A stretch of DNA of 64,000 bases, taken from an uncultured Thermoleophilia bacterium. Lineage in GTDB: Bacteria > Actinomycetota > Thermoleophilia > UBA2241. The translations under genes and the position numbers were made by a program. Positions 60,291-64,000 of this stretch are shown here, in pieces. How positions within the stretch are numbered: position 1 is the first letter of the stretch; every line of letters starts with the position of its first letter. The notes below the pieces were generated by a model, which saw nothing but the letters and a program-made list of their open reading frames with translations, did no database searches and was not told the origin of the DNA. The stretch spans positions 306,008 to 370,007 of the forward strand of contig CAVPCT010000009.1 in assembly GCA_963702475.1 (NCBI GenBank), written 5' to 3'.

Positions 60291-61490
60291 GCCCGCCTCG
60301 CAAGCTCTCGATAGACGCGAAGGGTCTCGCGCGCGGTCCTGTTCCACGAGAAGCCGCCCGCGCGCTCGCGACCCCGACGCACACGATCGGAGCCGCGCCC
60401 GTCCGTGACCACCGTCGCCAGCGCATGCATCATATCCTCGGGGTCACCGGGCTCAAAGAGTACCGCGCAGTCGCCGGCGACTTCGAGGGAGGTCGGGATG
60501 CGGGCGGCGACAACGGGACAACCGCAGGCCATCGCCTCGAGCAACGGGATCCCGAAACCCTCATAGAGTGAGGGGTAAACGAGGGCCGTGGCCTGATTGT
60601 AGAGGCGACAGAGCGCCTCATCGTCGACGCCGGTCAAGGGCGAACCCGCGCAGTCATGCCAAGCTCCCGGAGAAGTGCTGTTTCTGCCTTCGTCAGCGGG
60701 GCGCCGACGGTGACGACCCCCAGGTCGGCGCGCCCGCTCCAAGCGGCGAAGACACGCATGAAGCGCTGGAAGTCCTTGTAGGCGTGACGCCCGCCGACCC
60801 ACAGCAGGTACGGTGTCGCCATGGCCGAGTCGAGCTCGCTGGCGCATCTTGGTCCGCGCCACCGTCAAGCACGCGAAACACATCGCTGCTGGCGAGCGGG
60901 ATCGTCACGACGGCATCCGGATCCAGTGCCGTAGCGCTCAATTACGTCGACCCGCGTGGATTCGGATATCGAGATCACGCATCGGCGGCGTGGACCGCCT
61001 GCGCCTTCTGACGCTGCGCCTGCGCCGCACCGCGTCCCCCGAACAGCTGTGGAAACCTCTCGTGGATCATGTCGTACACAGTAACCAGCCTTGGCCCGCG
61101 CCAGAGCAACGGAAGGGTGAAGTACGTCGAGTGCCAGATGCGACTGGGATCACCACTCGCTGCCAGGCCGGACCAGGCCCTCCTCGCCCAGTGGGCAGGA
61201 CGGCGCCAGAAGCGGTACGGCCGTAGCCAAGACTCGACGGGAAGCGGGGCAGCGCGGCGGATCGAGGGATGCACCGGCAAGGGCCTCCGCAACGGCTCCT
61301 GGGCGAGCACCTCCAGAGTCAGTTCGGTGTCGGCTTGGCACATGCGCGGGAGTATCTCCGCGTAGACGCGGGTAACACCGCCATCCGGAAACCAGCAGAA
61401 GGTACCCGCCTCGACGACCACGTCCAGAGCCGTCACCGGCGTGGGGCGGCGGGCCGTCTGCCCGACGAAGATCGCGTCCACCTGCATCAC
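60287..61490 (-). CDS. Glycosyltransferase family 4 (multiple frameshifts)
   Basis: WHSTYF, VTVYDMIHE, LLWVGGR..YK, YPSLYEGFGIPLLEAMACG. Confidence 0.85.
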
Positions 61491-62165
61491 GTGACCCGTG
61501 GCGGGTCCGTCAGCCCCTCGCTGAGTGGCACGAGAGAGAAGCCCAAACCGTCAAGCAGATCGACCATGTCGAGAAAAAGGGGTTGACCCTGGTAAAGGGG
61601 GACGATCGACAGCTCGCACTCCACGAGACGTACCTCGGGCAGAATACCCTCGGCGCCGGTGAGCGCCGCCGCCTCGTAGCCCTGTAGGTCGAGTTTGAGC
61701 GCCAGGCTCGTGCCAGACGGGACCATCGTCGGGCACGACGCTGTCCAGTCGCACCACGCGTACCGCTTCGGTCCGCACGTAGGCCGACTCCGGCACAGCG
61801 CTCGCGTGTGCCGGCTCCATCGGCAGCAGCGAACTGCTGACGGAGTTGCCGGCGACGTGCATTTGCGCCCCCGTTCGGCGTCTCCAAGCGCCGCCTGGAC
61901 GCAGCGCCACAACGGATCGCCGGCCGCGGTGGCGCGCAGCGCCGCGAATGCATCGGCGAGCGGCTCAAACGAGATGATGAGACCCCGATAGCCGTTGGCG
62001 CGAACTCCAGCGCCCAATGGCCCGCGTTGGCGCCGCCGTCGATACGACACCAACACGGTGCTCGCGCAAGAAACGCGAGCGACGCACGTCGACGTCGAGC
62101 GCGGGCCGATAGCGGTGGATATCGAGCCCGAGTCGCCGGGCGGCAAGACGCGCCCGGCGGCTCAT
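61487..62165 (-). CDS. FkbM-family methyltransferase (multiple frameshifts)
   Basis: IDGGANAG, IISFEP, VAGNSVSSSLL, LKLDLQGYE, ELSIVPLYQGQ in alternating frames. Confidence 0.82.
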
Positions 62166-62450
62166 GGGAAGACCGCGGCTCCTCATCCGCACGGCGCCAG
62201 AGTCCTGATTCTCGCGACATCGACATGCTCGACGGCGACAGGCGCCAGCCGCGGTCCGGAACACATCAGGCTAGCCCGGGCACCAAGCCTGAGCCATCAC
62301 GCAGTCTATCTTTGACCATCGCGGCACAGTTCAGCAACCGCGCGCGAAGTCCTCGTCCGTTCAATTCGCAACACACGGCAATCGCGACTTCCTTGTGCCC
62401 TCAATGAACCTCAGCGTCGTGGTTCTAGTCGCCCATAGGCTCGGAGGGGC

Positions 62451-63775
62451 TCACCAACAATGCGGTCTGGCCCGATCTGCCGTTGCGCGGTAGGCGTTCA
62501 GCGTCCTTTGCGCGATCACGGCTGGGGCGAGGGTCCGTATCGTCCATTCCCTACCCGAGCGAGACAACTCCGCGAGCCGCGCACCGTCGTTGATGGTGGC
62601 TTCAATCTCAGCTGCAGCTTGCGCGGGATCATTGGGCAGGATCAGGCCGAGATCTTCTTCAGCTAGGCAATCAGAGATGGCGCAGCCGCGGGTGACTGCA
62701 ACCGGCACACCCAGCCGCATCGCCTCAACAATGGACATGCCGAAGCCCTCGTCCCGCGACAAATGAACGTACAGGCTGGCCGAAAGAAGCGCGGAACTCT
62801 TCTTGTCGCCGTAGACCGGCTCCAGGAAGCGCACGTTGTCAGGCAGTCCTCTTCCAAGCAGCGCTCGGAAGCCCGGGCTTTCTGAGCCAGACGCACGTCC
62901 GTGGGCACGCACTTCAACATCTGGCAGAAGCCGGGCAACATCGACCAGACGGTCAAGCCCCTTCTTGGCAACGTCGAAACGCCCTAGGTAGACAAGCCTA
63001 TGATGCTGCGGTCGCCGCCAGTAGGTGCCAGACCGGCTTGCATGGGAGTCTTCCGACGACGGCTTAGACGCCCCACACGGAACTCGCAATCGTGGCGCTA
63101 GACCGGCCCTAGTCGCTGGCACCCGCGAGATTGCCGAACAAGTGCGATGAGAGAGAGGGAGCGCGTTGGGCAGTTCGACAGCACCTTCTGCCGTCGCGTC
63201 CGAGCCAACCCTCGAGCACCGTTCGTTCTCGAGTTGTCAGGACGAAGATCGTGTCGGCTCGACGCAGATAACGGCTTCTCAACCAGGGCGCCGTAGACCG
63301 CCTTCTTCAACTGACCGCGCCAGAGGTTGAGTCCGCCATGAGGTGACACGACGTAGGGAATCCATGGCGGCGCAGCTGGGCTGCTAGGAGCGGCGTGCGC
63401 CGGTATGAATACCGAGTGTAGGTGAACCACGTCCGGCTGCACCGCCGTCAGCATAGCCAGAACCTGGCGGAAGGCAAAGTGCCGCCGACCAGTGGGGACG
63501 ACTGCAAGCCCGAGTACCGGCTTCGCCGCCGCGATGTCATGCACACGCTCCTCGACTGGGTCTCCCACCAACAGCGTCACCTTGGCACCCTCTGCCGCCT
63601 GCGCTGTGAGCAGGGGCCAGACTGCCACATCGATGCCGTTGGCGACGTCGTCCATGGCGGGCCGAGGACCGACATGAAGCACTCTCAAGTTCGTTGCATC
63701 CGCCACCTGCATCGCCTCACTACTCCGCCGTGAAGGGGCAAGGGAGACAAGCAGGGCAAGGAGACCGCGGCTCAC
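62451..63775 (-). CDS. Glycosyltransferase family 4 (frameshifted)
   Basis: PDVVHLHSVF, PYVVSPHG; YLGRFDVAKKGLD, SRDEGFGMSIVEAM.LGVPV. Confidence 0.82.
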
Positions 63776-64000
63776 AGCGCGCTACGCGTCACCAACGCTT
63801 CAAGAGCCTCAATGACCTGAATATGCTCAGTCATCGCGAAGGCCAAGAGGCGCCGGCCCGCAGCGGCACCCCTGGCGGCTCTCATATCGGTTGCGGCAGC
63901 GCGTCGACAGAAAGCAGTCGCAATGCCTTGACGCGTCTCCGTCGGCGCGGTCGCTGGACCCTTGGCTCCGGCTCTATCGGGTGGCAGCGTCATGCAGCGA

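Noticed and set aside
63772-64000. 73-aa ORF at the window edge
   Set aside because: No recognisable motif; possibly the frameshifted tail of an upstream gene and cannot be assigned.

Overview
High-GC bacterial window. The gene set suggests a deep-branching Actinomycetota lineage, probably Thermoleophilia/Rubrobacteria-like: rny, dapL, a pgsA / mannose-1-P-GT / FHA / MerR cluster and a single-motif RsiG. This taxonomy is inference. (1) 1-17 kb is a methylamine-utilisation island. Its dimethylamine (MtbB) and trimethylamine (MttB) methyltransferases are each split by one in-frame amber TAG at the conserved pyrrolysine site (3783-3785, 11236-11238), so the ORF track breaks them in two. Each is followed by a corrinoid protein, and the island holds three permease+USP pairs. 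Both TAGs sit in the identical context CGGGTTG-TAG, while TAG remains an ordinary stop in housekeeping genes. No pylTSBCD, activator or methyl-acceptor gene is visible here. (2) 17-44 kb is mostly housekeeping: a 6S-like RNA, rny-miaB-AmmeMemo B/A-miaA-dapF-dapL-hflX-dut, apt, the FHA/MerR/RsiG cluster, MglAB, tRNA-Pro and proS. (3) 44-64 kb is a polysaccharide locus interrupted by two toxin-antitoxin modules. Beyond about 50.6 kb many genes carry single-base indels that look like sequencing errors.
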